Shown here: positions 47,335-58,500 of the stretch, one piece after another
Layout of the letters: each line of letters begins with the position of its first letter
Numbering within the stretch: position 1 is the first letter of the stretch
DNA from: an uncultured Chthoniobacterales bacterium
GTDB lineage: Bacteria > Verrucomicrobiota > Verrucomicrobiia > Chthoniobacterales > CALDSX01
Direction: 5' to 3'
Assembly (NCBI GenBank): GCA_964652295.1
Contig: CAZZCL010000003.1
Coordinates: 141-64,140, forward strand
DNA: 64,000 bases
Notes under the pieces: model-generated
Databases searched by the model: none
Told to the model about the DNA's origin: nothing
The model's input: only the letters and a program-made list of their open reading frames with translations
Made by a program: the position numbers and the translations under genes

Positions 47335-47625
47335 CGTAGGCGTTGACTTAAAACGGTTTCTGCACATGCCGCCATGCGTCGGGGCGCGATACAAGCCATG
47401 CCATGGCGAGAGCGGTGTGCATGAAACTACGCTAGCGGCATCAAACTATTCTGGCAATACCGCTTTTTCACTTCGCCGCATCCATTTCAAGTGGCTCGGT
47501 TGCACTCAAAATCGCGTCTTCAAAAACATCTCCGTCTTTCAAGAATGCAGATGACTGCTGCGTTCGTAAACCGCAATAAACCTCAACGCACCCCCGCGCT
47601 CTGGAGAATCCCGCTCTTTAGAGCT

Positions 47626-48474
47626 TTACGGCATTAGGGCTGCCGTGGCTGGGGCAGCGCTTTCAGCCGGGGAGCCTTCGCCATTGTCTTCTCCCGCAGG
47701 CGCTTCGCCATCTCCTTCGCCGACGGCGGGCAGCTCGTCGGGTTGAGCCGCCAGCTCTTCGTATGTCCACGATTCTTTGCGGTCTCCCACACTCGTCCGG
47801 ATCGCGGCGACATGGTCCGGAGTGATCTCAGAAGCGTCATTTCCCCACGATTTGCGCACATATGTGGCGACAGCCGCAACCTGCTCGTCCTTTAACTGCG
47901 CCCATGGCTGCATCACGCCGTTGTAATTGCCGCTTGCAGCCTGCCATGGGCCCTGTGCGCCCTTGAGTATGATTTTGACTAGCCGCGCTCCGCCACCGGT
48001 CGCAATCGTGGATCCGATCAACGACGGATATTGTCCCGCGGCACCCTGCCCGGACGCCTGATGGCACGCGGCGCAGTTGCGATACACTTTGCGGCCAATC
48101 TCCATGGGATCGTCGGGTGCATCCCCCGACGCAGTCGAGGCCGCAACGAGCGTTCTGGCGCTGCCGTCAGTTCGAAACACGGCCGGCGCTCCGACGCGTT
48201 CGTCAAAGACTTCCGGGTCGAATCCCCCACTGAAGGCTCCGAGATACCAACCGCCGATCATCAACAAGATAAAACAGAACGTAATGAATGAGAGGGAGAG
48301 AGGTTCATTGCCATCGTGAGGCTCGGCCTGCTCCCGGATAACGGCGGCATGAATATCGCGAATCTCCCGATCTTCCGCATAATCAAGATCATCCTCGTAC
48401 AAGGCGTTGTCTTCCATGGGACGCGGGGTGTCCTGGTTCAGGGGCGAGTCTTCGATGGGATCGGTTGGAGACAT
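47626..48474 (-). CDS. Membrane-anchored monoheme c-type cytochrome (CcoP-like position)
   Basis: Single CAACH. One TM helix follows an acidic N-terminus. The C-terminal tail is acidic and Gly-rich. Confidence 0.8.
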   Translation of the reverse strand: MSPTDPIEDSPLNQDTPRPMEDNALYEDDLDYAEDREIRDIHAAVIREQAEPHDGNEPLSLSFITFCFILLMIGGWYLGAFSGGFDPEVFDERVGAPAVFRTDGSARTLVAASTASGDAPDDPMEIGRKVYRNCAACHQASGQGAAGQYPSLIGSTIATGGGARLVKIILKGAQGPWQAASGNYNGVMQPWAQLKDEQVAAVATYVRKSWGNDASEITPDHVAAIRTSVGDRKESWTYEELAAQPDELPAVGEGDGEAPAGEDNGEGSPAESAAPATAALMP

Positions 48475-48503
48475 GGGAGCGGGATGAGCAGGCGCGCCGG
48501 AGC

Positions 48504-49139
48504 TTACTCCAAAGGCGCTTCCGGCAACTCATAAGATTTGTCCAGGGAAAGCAGGTATTCGACGAGCGCTTCCGCTTCGGGGGTTGGCACAACCTCGAAA
48601 CCTGATGGCGGTGCATCATCGCCGTCGAGCTTCAACGCGTTTGGCGAAGGTTGCCCGACGATCTTCTGCACGCGGTAAAGATAGGCGTATGGCGGCATGG
48701 TCGACCACGCCGCGATGCTCTGCGGGTTGTAGAGATGACGGTGATGCCATTCGCGGCCGGCATCTCCGGAATACCGCGTGGCGACGTTGGCCAGGTCGGG
48801 ACCGGTGCGCATGGTGCCAAGGGAATGGCGCCGTTCGTGGATGTAGTCACGCGGGCGTGTCGCGCGCACACCCCACCCCCTCGGGATGTCGTGCCCCGCA
48901 TGCTCAGGCCGAACCTGTTGGCTGTGGCAATACACGCAGCCGTTCGCGGCGTACACTTCGCGTCCACGCTGCGCAAGACCGGACAAGGCCGGAGGCAACG
49001 AGATCGCATTGCCTTCCGCGTCTTCGGTTTCATGCGGCTGCAACTGGCCAATCTGAACGAGGGGGGCCAGCACCAGACCGAGCCACGAACTCAGAAATGT
49101 CGCGGTAATCCCCACGAACAACAGCGGCAACTTGTTCAT
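48504..49139 (-). CDS. ccoO: cbb3-type cytochrome c oxidase subunit II (monoheme)
   Basis: N-terminal TM helix. CVYCHSQQVRP is FixO-like. 4-nt overlap with ccoN. Confidence 0.85.
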   Translation of the reverse strand: MNKLPLLFVGITATFLSSWLGLVLAPLVQIGQLQPHETEDAEGNAISLPPALSGLAQRGREVYAANGCVYCHSQQVRPEHAGHDIPRGWGVRATRPRDYIHERRHSLGTMRTGPDLANVATRYSGDAGREWHHRHLYNPQSIAAWSTMPPYAYLYRVQKIVGQPSPNALKLDGDDAPPSGFEVVPTPEAEALVEYLLSLDKSYELPEAPLE

Positions 49140-50635
49140 GCGGGCACTTCCTTTCGTTCACGCTGCTCCGCCGACGTGGTGAACAGAGTGGGAGTGCCGG
49201 GATTGCGCCCCAGGCGAAGCAGCATAAGCGCGAAATGCCACGCAAAGATCACATGCGCCGCCGTCAGCAAAATGCCGGACAAACTCCGTCCTCGCAGCCA
49301 GGGCATGGTCGCTTTTGTCACCTCCTCGAACGTCCGCGCCACATCATCCAACATCAGACCCTGAATCAGTCCGCCTGCGGTTAGAAGAAAAATCATCAAC
49401 GTAATGCCGTAGAACGACAGCCAGAAATGCAGCTTGATCATGGTCGGCGACGGCCATTCGCGGCCGACGAGACGCGGCACGATATAATACATGCTGCCGA
49501 ACATGACCATCGTGAAAAAGGCATAAAGACCAAGGTGGGAATGCCCGATGGTGTAATGGGTAAAGTGCGTGATTTTATTCAGCTCACGGATGGCCATGGA
49601 GCTGCCCTGCAGACTGGCCAGCGTGTAGGCCATTGCACCCAGCACAACGAAACGCAGCGTCGGACTGCGGGAAAGCATGTGAAAATTGCCGACCATCGTC
49701 AGGTGATGGTTGATTGCGGTGGTAATGACCGGAATCACCATCATCACGCTCGCAACCACACTCGCAGTGATCATCCATGCCGGGAACGGTCCGCCAATGA
49801 GATGATGCATCCCATTCCAGCTGTAAAAGAGCGCCAATGACCAGAACCCCAGCGCCGACAGATAATAACTGTGCACCGGACGCCCGATGACTTTCGGAAT
49901 GAAATAATAGGCTGACGCAAGGCCGATTGGCGTGAACCATAATCCCAACACATTGTGTCCGAACCACCAGTTCACGGCCGCCTGCACCGCTCCCTGCACC
50001 GGCATGAGATGGATCATGATATTCGCCGTGCCGTACAACCATGGGAACCAGAAAAACGCGGCAATCAGATACCATTCCGAGACGTAAACATGGCCGGCCT
50101 GACGGAATCGGAACATCACAACCGCCCAGACGCTCAACAGGGCATACGCGCAGAAGAGCAGGAACACCGCTACACCCGGAAACTCCAGCCATTCGATCCC
50201 CTGACTGTATCCCGTGAGGACCGCTACAGTTCCCACCGCCACCCCGGTATTCCATAGGATCCCGGCTCCAACGATCAGGGGCGCGTTCATCACCCGCACA
50301 CGGCACAGACGCGCCATGAGCCAGACGCCCACTCCGATTCCGACCTGCGCAGCCCAACCGTATGCGACAAGATTGAGGTGTAGGGGACGGATCCGCCCAA
50401 AATTCAGCCAGCTCCACTCCGCAAGAAACTGAGGATCATGAAGCTTCCACGAGGCCAGAAAGCCAAGCAATGAACCGAACAAAAGCCAGAACAAGGCTCC
50501 TCCAAAGCACAACAGAACAGGTGTGCGCGCACTCAGATCGATGGCGGTGCGGTGTGCCAGTTCCACGCGTTGCGGTGAGGTGGATGGCGCCAGCGTTTCA
50601 GTCAGTGTCGGGCTCATGAACGTGTTTTTCTCCAA
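49136..50635 (-). CDS. ccoN: cbb3-type cytochrome c oxidase subunit I
   Basis: C-family HCO motifs (WWFGHNVLGLWFTP, NGMHHL, YTIGHSHLG). TTG start at 50635; an alternative ATG lies at 50617. Confidence 0.9.
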   Translation of the reverse strand: MEKNTFMSPTLTETLAPSTSPQRVELAHRTAIDLSARTPVLLCFGGALFWLLFGSLLGFLASWKLHDPQFLAEWSWLNFGRIRPLHLNLVAYGWAAQVGIGVGVWLMARLCRVRVMNAPLIVGAGILWNTGVAVGTVAVLTGYSQGIEWLEFPGVAVFLLFCAYALLSVWAVVMFRFRQAGHVYVSEWYLIAAFFWFPWLYGTANIMIHLMPVQGAVQAAVNWWFGHNVLGLWFTPIGLASAYYFIPKVIGRPVHSYYLSALGFWSLALFYSWNGMHHLIGGPFPAWMITASVVASVMMVIPVITTAINHHLTMVGNFHMLSRSPTLRFVVLGAMAYTLASLQGSSMAIRELNKITHFTHYTIGHSHLGLYAFFTMVMFGSMYYIVPRLVGREWPSPTMIKLHFWLSFYGITLMIFLLTAGGLIQGLMLDDVARTFEEVTKATMPWLRGRSLSGILLTAAHVIFAWHFALMLLRLGRNPGTPTLFTTSAEQRERKEVPA

Positions 50636-50658
50636 TTTCCTGAGAAGACCGGTCAGTC

Positions 50659-50874
50659 TTAGCGGCGAAGTTTTTGCTCCTTCCGGCGTTCCATCGGTGT
50701 CTTAAAAATCATATCTGTCGGCTGACCAACCGGTTCATCCTTGTCGAAGATACTCTCCGCCCCACCGCGCATATCGCGGAACTGGCCGGTTTTCGATGCC
50801 CACCATAATCCAATGAGCGCAGTGCAGCCCATGAGAAGAGTGGAACCAAAAATGAGAAGATAAGCGGCAGCCAT
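50659..50874 (-). CDS. ccoS: CcoS/FixS-like cbb3 maturation protein
   Basis: 71 aa. One TM helix, then WWASKTGQFRDMRGGAESIFDKDE, which matches the FixS signature GQ[FY]xD. Confidence 0.7.
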   Translation of the reverse strand: MAAAYLLIFGSTLLMGCTALIGLWWASKTGQFRDMRGGAESIFDKDEPVGQPTDMIFKTPMERRKEQKLRR

Positions 50875-50906
50875 GGCAGAATGAGAAAAGAGAAAACGCG
50901 ATGCAA

Positions 50907-51434
50907 TTAAAGATTCGTCTGGGACACCTCGCCGGAGGCAGGCGGTGGCGTATTCGATTCATCACCGCTTGAATCCAGAGCATCCGGCGCGGTCTGCCCA
51001 GGTTCCTGCGGCCCGGTTTCCGGAGCAGCGTTCTGGTCGATCGGCGGAGCATCTTCGGCATCTTCTGCATTTGCAGCGTCAGCCGCCGCCTTGGCAGCCA
51101 TGGCCTTGTCTGTCAGCACCTGAGACGGCCGAACGGGTTTGTCGCGCAGCTTTACAAGCGCCATACCCATGGCGTCATCAATGGGGATCCTGGCTATTCC
51201 GCCAGCTTCGTCAACCCAACCTGCTGTCGTGGCCAGATTCTTTTGTGCAGCCAGCGTTTCATCGAGGATCTGACGCCGCTCCACTGCCCGCTCTTCATCC
51301 AGCGAGACAGCCCGATTGTTTACAACCGTAAACCATGTTAATGCCGAGAAGAGTAGGAATCCGCCCGCAACAAGCAGAAAGCTGACACTAACGGATCGGC
51401 GGGGGCGAATTGAGGAACGGGGTGCGGCGTCCAT
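50907..51434 (-). CDS. Membrane-anchored hypothetical protein after actF (candidate accessory ACIII subunit)
   Basis: 175 aa. One TM helix (VSFLLVAGGFLLFSALTWFTVV), a helical region, and an acidic disordered tail. The start is 1 nt after the actF stop. Confidence 0.6.
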   Translation of the reverse strand: MDAAPRSSIRPRRSVSVSFLLVAGGFLLFSALTWFTVVNNRAVSLDEERAVERRQILDETLAAQKNLATTAGWVDEAGGIARIPIDDAMGMALVKLRDKPVRPSQVLTDKAMAAKAAADAANAEDAEDAPPIDQNAAPETGPQEPGQTAPDALDSSGDESNTPPPASGEVSQTNL

Positions 51435-51435
51435 A

Positions 51436-52698
51436 TCAGTTGATAGTGTTCAGCGATTCCTGCAGGCGCGGATCGCGTGCCGGAAAGAGCGGGCGACCAG
51501 GCAACCGAAAGAGGAAAATCGCCGCCAGCGGCGCCAGCACCGCCACCAAGGCGACGAAATCCGACAGACGCGGACTGAACGCCGCGCGTGCGGCAGCTTC
51601 GAAGCCTTCTGTCGCAAGCGCTTTCAAACCGTAGTTCGGAATCACAACCAGATACATGTCGACAAGATGCATGAGCAGCGTCCAAACCGCGACGAGACTC
51701 AACGGCACCGGCGCCCGTTTTACATCCCGAAGAATCAGGATGAGAAACGGAGCAAAGAAATGACCTGCGACAAGCGCAAGACTAAAGTAATACCAAGCGT
51801 CTGTGTTGCGAAACAGGAAATAGACTGTTTCCTCGGGGATGTTCGCATACCAGATCAGGAAGAACTGGCTAAATGCGATGTAGGCCCAGAAGACGGTGAA
51901 TGCGAAGAGCAGCTTCCCCATGAGATGAAAATGCTCGAGGGTGACGACGCCTTCCAGATGGCCCGTGGACCGCAGCGCGGTCATAACCACAATCAATACG
52001 GCCATGGCGTTTAAAGCCGATCCGGCAAAGATGTACACACCCCACATGGTGGAGAACCAGTGGTGATTGAGCGCCATGAGATAATCGATCACCGCAAGGG
52101 TCAGCGTGAGGGCAAACGGCAGCAGAAGCCCGTAGGTCCAGCCCTGCGAACGGATTGTCCACCGCGGATCGCCGTCCTTGTCCTGGCGCAGGGACCAACG
52201 TCGCAATCCCAGGGCCAGCCCGCAGAACAACAGCGCATAAAATGCGGCCCGCACAAAAAAGAACGGTTCGTTGAGATAGGCGCGCTTGTTATCAAGCAGG
52301 GCATCGACGCCCGGCTCGGAAATTGTCATCCACTTATAGAGATCATGCCGCATGATCAGCACCGGCGTCAGCAGCAGGAAGATCCATGGGAGCAGACTTG
52401 CGAGATTCTCCATCTGCCGACGCACCACGGTCGACCAGGAGGAATTCGTGGCGTGATGAAGCATGACCCAGAACAGCGACCCCAACCCGAGCGTAAACCC
52501 CACACTGAAGGCGAATAGATAGGAAAATGCGAACCGCTGTGGATCCCGCTGATACAACAGCCACGACGCTCCCCATGCGGCTGCAGTAAGCAGCAGGCAG
52601 AAGATGGCTGGCGGATAAGCCGTGCGCCGCTCAATGAATTCTTCGGGCAGCGAAAATGGCTCGTGCGTGGCGGTGGAAGCTTCGGCGGATGCGCTCAT
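51436..52698 (-). CDS. actF: Alternative complex III subunit ActF (polytopic membrane subunit)
   Basis: 420 aa with ~10 TM helices, in the canonical position after actE. Confidence 0.75.
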   Translation of the reverse strand: MSASAEASTATHEPFSLPEEFIERRTAYPPAIFCLLLTAAAWGASWLLYQRDPQRFAFSYLFAFSVGFTLGLGSLFWVMLHHATNSSWSTVVRRQMENLASLLPWIFLLLTPVLIMRHDLYKWMTISEPGVDALLDNKRAYLNEPFFFVRAAFYALLFCGLALGLRRWSLRQDKDGDPRWTIRSQGWTYGLLLPFALTLTLAVIDYLMALNHHWFSTMWGVYIFAGSALNAMAVLIVVMTALRSTGHLEGVVTLEHFHLMGKLLFAFTVFWAYIAFSQFFLIWYANIPEETVYFLFRNTDAWYYFSLALVAGHFFAPFLILILRDVKRAPVPLSLVAVWTLLMHLVDMYLVVIPNYGLKALATEGFEAAARAAFSPRLSDFVALVAVLAPLAAIFLFRLPGRPLFPARDPRLQESLNTIN

Positions 52699-52699
52699 G

Positions 52700-53398
52700 T
52701 CAATTCTCCATCTTTGCGCGTAGCGCGGGTGTCAGTTCTGCGGCAGGCACGTTCTGGCTTGTCTGCAGCGCCCGCACATACGCCACAATGGCCCAGCGAT
52801 CCGCAACGGAGATGTTGGCTGCGTAACCGTACATCTGGCCCTTGCCATACGCGATGGTGTTGTAAATCTGGCCGTCGGGCATTTCACGCAACCGGTCGGA
52901 ATGATACGTTGCCACCAAACCCTGAAGACCGGTGTATTGCGCTGCCACACCGCCGCCATCTCCGGTTTTGCCGTGGCAAATCGCGCAGTTGATGTCGTAC
53001 CGCTCCTGCCCACGCGCGAGAAACGCCGGTGTCACCTCAAAGGGAATGCCATCTCCCCATACTTCACCCATCATGCCGGTATCGGGATAGCTGTCACCGC
53101 TTGCAAAGGCGTAGGGCAGCTGGCTCCATCCAGCGGGTTCGACCGTTTCTCCCGGGGTGTTCTGACGGGGCTGCGTCGGAACCTGATAACCGAGCGGCAC
53201 CGCGCCCGGCACAGGCGCCCGCGCGCCAAGGCGGTCGCCAAAGAAATCGCTTGGCTTCTGCGCTTTGACCTTCGCCTGGCGGTCCATGTCCGGAAAAATT
53301 TCGATCGGTGTCAGTTCCGTTTTCTGACCGCGGAATCCGAACAGCGCGACAACAAGGATCGTCACGAAAAAGAATGTCAGCAGGCTGTACTTAATCAT
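52700..53398 (-). CDS. actE: ACIII subunit ActE (monoheme cytochrome c)
   Basis: N-terminal anchor, and a single CAICHGKTGDGG. Confidence 0.8.
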   Translation of the reverse strand: MIKYSLLTFFFVTILVVALFGFRGQKTELTPIEIFPDMDRQAKVKAQKPSDFFGDRLGARAPVPGAVPLGYQVPTQPRQNTPGETVEPAGWSQLPYAFASGDSYPDTGMMGEVWGDGIPFEVTPAFLARGQERYDINCAICHGKTGDGGGVAAQYTGLQGLVATYHSDRLREMPDGQIYNTIAYGKGQMYGYAANISVADRWAIVAYVRALQTSQNVPAAELTPALRAKMEN

Positions 53399-53988
53399 GA
53401 GCGGCTCCCTTCCCCATCAACGAAGGGAATAACGTCGACGGCACTGGCGCCGAGCGACTCGAAGAGTTCCACCAGGGTGTCCACATCGAATTGCTGGTCA
53501 CGCGCTTCCACCACTGCGAAAAATCCGTCGTCAGTGACTTTCGCAAATCTCTCCCAATCGAAGAGCGGATGATGCCAGCGTGGAAGGCCGGTAAAAAGCA
53601 TCAACCCGAACACGGCGGTGAACGCAGAGAACAGAATCGTCAACTCGAACGTGACCGGGAAGAATGCAGGCAGGGTGCCGAAAAATTCGACGGGTTTGCC
53701 GTGCACGACCAGAGGGTAATCGAAGATGTTCGTAAACCATTGCAACCCCAGCGCCGCGAATAATCCGGCGAATCCGCCCAGAAACACAAGGTATCCAAGC
53801 GGGGACTTGCCCAGACCCATTGCGGCATCCATGCCATGGATCGGAAACGGCGAATGCACGTCCCAGCGTTTATAGCCGGCATCGCGCAGTTTCTCTGCGG
53901 CAACATGCAACTCCGCCGCGCTGGAGAACTCCGCTCCTACGGCGTACACACGCTCCGGATGCGTCTGCATTTCGACAGATGCAATCAC
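53395..53988 (-). CDS. actD: ACIII subunit ActD (DUF3341)
   Basis: 197 aa with two central TM helices. 4-nt overlaps on both sides. Confidence 0.75.
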   Translation of the reverse strand: MIASVEMQTHPERVYAVGAEFSSAAELHVAAEKLRDAGYKRWDVHSPFPIHGMDAAMGLGKSPLGYLVFLGGFAGLFAALGLQWFTNIFDYPLVVHGKPVEFFGTLPAFFPVTFELTILFSAFTAVFGLMLFTGLPRWHHPLFDWERFAKVTDDGFFAVVEARDQQFDVDTLVELFESLGASAVDVIPFVDGEGSRS

Positions 53989-55493
53989 GAGGCAGCCTCC
54001 GGAGTTGCCCCAATCTGGCCGCCGGAAGCACTGGGGATGTCGCCGCGTTTGGGGTGCCTGTGATGCCCACGGTGCCCATGATGCCCATGCCCGTGGTGGG
54101 GATCGGCCTCAGGAAGTACGCCTTTCACTTCAGCCATCGCGATCATGGGCAAGAAGCGGATAAAGAGCAGGAACAAAAAGATAAACAAACCGATGGTGCC
54201 GACAAATGTGGCGATATCCACCCACGTCGGGTAAAAATTTTGCCAGCTGCCCGGAAGAAAATCCCGCGAAAGCGATGTGCAGATAATGACAAACCGCTCG
54301 AACCACATGCCCACATTAACGCACATGCACACCAACATCACGGTGAGCAGGTTGCGGCGGAATGCGCGGAACCAGAACAATTGTGGCGCAAGCACGTTGC
54401 ACGAGATCATCGACCAATACGACGCCGCGTAGTGACCGGTCGCGCGGTCGATGAAGACAGATAATTCATAAGGATTCCCGCCGTACCATGCGATGAAAAA
54501 TTCCATCAGATACGCATACCCCACGATCGTGCCAGTGAGCAGGATGATCTTGCACATGTTGTCGATGTGCCGCGCGGTGATCATGTCCTGCAGGCCAAAG
54601 ATCGCCCGCGCAGGGATCATGAGGGTGAGCACCATGGCAAACCCGCCGAAGATCGCTCCCGCAACGAAGTAAGGCGGAAAAATGGTGGTATGCCAACCGG
54701 GGATGACGGACGTCGCGAAATCGAATGAAACGACGGTGTGAACGGAAAGCACCAGCGGCGTCGAGATCCCGGCAAGAATAAGGTAGGCCATTTCGTAATG
54801 GCGCCACTGCCGGTTTCCACCGCGCCAACCCAGGCTGAAAAACCCGTAGATTCCCTTGGTCACCGCATTCTTTGCCCGGTCGCGCAACGTGGCCAGATCC
54901 GGAACCAATCCGGTGTACCAGAACAGCAACGAGACGGTAAAATAGGTCGACACCGCGAACACATCCCACAACAGCGGACTTTTGAAGTTCGGCCAGATCC
55001 AGTTGGCATTCGGCAATGGCGCGAGGAACCACACCATCCACACGCGCCCTACGTGGATCGCGGGGAAGATACCTGCGCAGATCACCGCAAAGATGGTCAT
55101 GGCTTCGGCGGCACGGTTAATGGACGTGCGCCAACGCTGCCGTGTCAGAAACAGAATCGCCGAGATCAGCGTACCGGCGTGTCCGATGCCGATCCAGAAC
55201 ACAAAGTTTGTGATGTCGTACGCCCAGAAGTTGGGACTTGCCAGCCCCCAAACGCCGACGCCGGTCGAAATCTGATAGGCGATGCAGGCAAATCCAACTG
55301 ACGCAATCAGCCCCGTCACGACAACGCCAATCCACCACCACAACGGCGCGGTGGGCGATTCCACAATGCCCGCCACCCGCTCTGTGATCCAATTCATGCT
55401 GCGCCGGTTCTGCACAAGAGCCGGACGCGCCACGAATTCGCGCGCTGCCTCAATGGCAGCCTGCTGTTCTATAGTTAAAGTTCCGTTCGCCAT
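53985..55493 (-). CDS. actC: ACIII subunit ActC (NrfD/PsrC-like quinol-interacting membrane subunit) with a His-rich tail
   Basis: About 10 TM helices with an NrfD-like pattern. The C-terminus reads [17 protein letters not shown]. Confidence 0.85.
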   Translation of the reverse strand: MANGTLTIEQQAAIEAAREFVARPALVQNRRSMNWITERVAGIVESPTAPLWWWIGVVVTGLIASVGFACIAYQISTGVGVWGLASPNFWAYDITNFVFWIGIGHAGTLISAILFLTRQRWRTSINRAAEAMTIFAVICAGIFPAIHVGRVWMVWFLAPLPNANWIWPNFKSPLLWDVFAVSTYFTVSLLFWYTGLVPDLATLRDRAKNAVTKGIYGFFSLGWRGGNRQWRHYEMAYLILAGISTPLVLSVHTVVSFDFATSVIPGWHTTIFPPYFVAGAIFGGFAMVLTLMIPARAIFGLQDMITARHIDNMCKIILLTGTIVGYAYLMEFFIAWYGGNPYELSVFIDRATGHYAASYWSMISCNVLAPQLFWFRAFRRNLLTVMLVCMCVNVGMWFERFVIICTSLSRDFLPGSWQNFYPTWVDIATFVGTIGLFIFLFLLFIRFLPMIAMAEVKGVLPEADPHHGHGHHGHRGHHRHPKRGDIPSASGGQIGATPEAAS

Positions 55494-55502
55494 GATCCTC
55501 GG

Positions 55503-58500
55503 TTAATGATTCCCACCTTCGCCCGCGCCGTGGGCGGTTTCCTCATGCGCATCATGTACGCCGTCCCCATGCCCATGATGACCACCGACGTTGAAGGCTC
55601 CCACGCCTGCGGCGTCCGGCATGGCAGGGTTTGGATTCTTTAATCGGGCGAGATAACTCACGCGCGGATTGACATTGAGATATTTCAGCAACACATAAGC
55701 ACGCGGTTCGGAACGGGCCTTGCTCACGGCGCTTTCCGCATCGGCAATGTTCCCGAACGCGATGGCCTGAGTCGGGCACGCCTGTTGGCACGCGGTTTTC
55801 ACGCTGTCCCGCGGGATGACAACATCCGCCGTGCCGGCGTTGCGCACTTTATGGTCGATCTTTGCCTCTTCGAGGCGTTGTACGCAGAACGTGCATTTCT
55901 CGATCACGCCCCGCATGCGTACCGTTACGTTCGGATTCTTCTGCATCTCGATCATGCGATCGTCGTTCACGGCGCCAAGCGGGCCAAGATAAAGATTGCC
56001 CGTTTTGAACCCCGGAAGAATCTCCGCCTGGGTAATCCTGCGCTTGTTGTAATCGAAATAGTTGAACCGCCGGACCTTGTAGGGGCAGTTATTCGCGCAA
56101 TACCGCGTGCCGATGCAGCGGTTGTAGGTCATGACGTTCAACCCCTCCTCGTTGTGTACAGTGGCATTGACCGGACACACAACTTCGCAGGGCGCGTTCT
56201 CGCAATGCATGCAGGGCACCGGCTGCATGACCATCTCGGGGTTCGGATCGGCGGCGTCTTTCGACGCGTAATACCGGTCAATCCGGATCCAGTGCATTTC
56301 ACGGCCATTGATGACCTGCTCACGACCCACAATCGGGATGTTGTTCTCTGCCTGACAAGCGACCGTGCAGACATTGCAACCGGTGCAAAGGTTGAGATCG
56401 ATCGTCATCCCCCACTGGTGCGGCGCCGTCATTGGCGGGGCATGATAAAGGGAGATATTGGGCGGGATATGGCTGTCAATACCCATCCCTGCGGCAAACG
56501 CCGGATCCTCGGCAAAACGCTCCAGGGTGCCTTCGCGGACGTGATCGCGTCCCTCCATGGAGTGATGTTCCTGAGTATTCGCGTTGTCATGTTGCCCACC
56601 CGCCCGCGCCACAGTGGCACCGGAGCGGATCATGGGATTCAGCCCGCCCAGAAGTGGGTAAACGTCGAACCCGGCTCCATCAAGCACGCGACGTCCCGGA
56701 TCGTTGCGCCCAAACCCTAGCGCTAGCGTGGCGACATTATCGGCCGCTCCAGGTCCGACATAGACGGGCAACGTCACGCTGCGACCATCTACACTAATTC
56801 GCACGAGATCGTTGTCGCGCACACCAAGAGCGCGAGACGTGGCAGGGCTCAGCACGGCCGCATTGCCCCATGTGATGCGGGTGACAGGATCGGGCAACTC
56901 CTGCAACCAGCCATTGTTGGCATAGCGACCGTCGTAGAGGAACGGGTGCGGCGCCAAGGCCACTTCCATCGCGTCGGGTCCGGGCGCAGCAGATGCCGAT
57001 CCGGCCGTCCGGACAAGCTCCACGGCAGCTGCGGCGTTGTAATCCGACGCCGACACCTCCGCCCTCGGGTTTGAAGAGAGATAAAATCCGTCTCGCAAAC
57101 ACACATGCCACCCCGCCTTGAGATCTTCCAACTCAAAGAGCGCATGAAATGTCTCCTGCACGAGTTGCATGGCAGGCGCCGCCGGGAGCTCCGGTTTCAT
57201 CCCGTTGGGCGGGGGACCTTCGGGCATGGGCTCCTGCTCAGGCAGGACGCCGGCCATTCTTGCGAGCAACTCGATTTCCGATAGCCCTCCAAACAAGGGA
57301 GCAATCAATGGTTGAACGACGCTGTATGTGCCACCGGAAGAAAATGTGTCACCCCACGATTCGAGGTAATGCGCTGCCGGCACATGCCAGAGCGATGCCT
57401 TTGATGTGTCGTCATAATGCAGCCCGTGGCGCACCACGGTTTTGACGCTGCGCTGCAAATCCGTCCAGCCAAGGTCAGCCGGAGCGGTGAAGGCAGGATC
57501 CGCACCGAGAACGAACAAGGTTGCAATGCGACCTTCGTTGACGGCGGATGCAAGCTCGCGAATCGTCGCGGGTTCAGCCAGATCGCCCGCATCGGGCGGG
57601 GCGGGCATCCGCACAATGTCCATGGTGCGACCAAACGCGCCGAGCGCCTCGTTTATTGCGCACACAAGTGCGTGCACCGCACGCGGCTGGCGTTCGCCAA
57701 CGATCACGGCCGCTTCGCCGCGATGCGCCTGCAAATCGGCGGCAATCGCCCCGATCATGGCGGAATCAAACTCGCCTTCGTCCGGCGCAAATGCGCGCGC
57801 CATTTCTGCGAGTGGCCCGTCTGCACCGAGCTGCAGGGCCAGCGCAGCCGCAAACACACCAATCCGCCCGGGGGCACAGCGCACACGATGATCGGCCATT
57901 CCTCCCGTGACCGTAAACGCCGGTTCTACAACATACAGGCGGTTCATACCCCCGCCCTCCTCCTGCGCCGTCGCAAACGCCCTCCGGCGTGCGGCAAAAC
58001 CTGCGGAAGCTTCCAGTGGCCCGCCGACACCGGGCTCAGCCCCCAGAACATCCGCATCCAACGCGAGGATTGTGGTGGCCGCATCCAGCCGTGGCCGCAG
58101 AGTCACGCCCGAACCGAACACGGCCCGGTGCGCAGCGGCGCGCTCTCCACTTTCAGCGGCTTCGTACTCGGCCCAGAGCAACTTCGGAAACTTTTTCTGC
58201 ACAAGACGGCGAATGCGGGCCCGCGTCGGGGAATTGTCCGACCCTGCAAGAATTGCAGCCCCACCCCCACCTGCAATCCCGATCTCCGCAAGAACGGCGT
58301 CCAGAAATGCGTCGAATTCGTCTTGCGAAGCCGGCGCCCCACCGCGCACGAACCCGCGGGCGCGGTCGGGATCATAAAGGTCGAGCACCGACGCCTGCGC
58401 AATGGCGTCTGTTCCCCCGTTGCTGCCGGGATGAAGGGGGTTGCCTTCAATTTTTGTTGGGCGTCCATCGTGCGTGGTTACGATCAACGGCATTGCTCCG

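Noticed and set aside
47335-47625. FNR/ANR box (TTGAT-N4-ATCAA) between the cbb3 and aa3 modules and upstream of actA
   Set aside because: I searched by eye and found only half-sites (for example ATCAA at ~59570 and TTGAC at 47343). No dyad with correct spacing was found, so no site is called.
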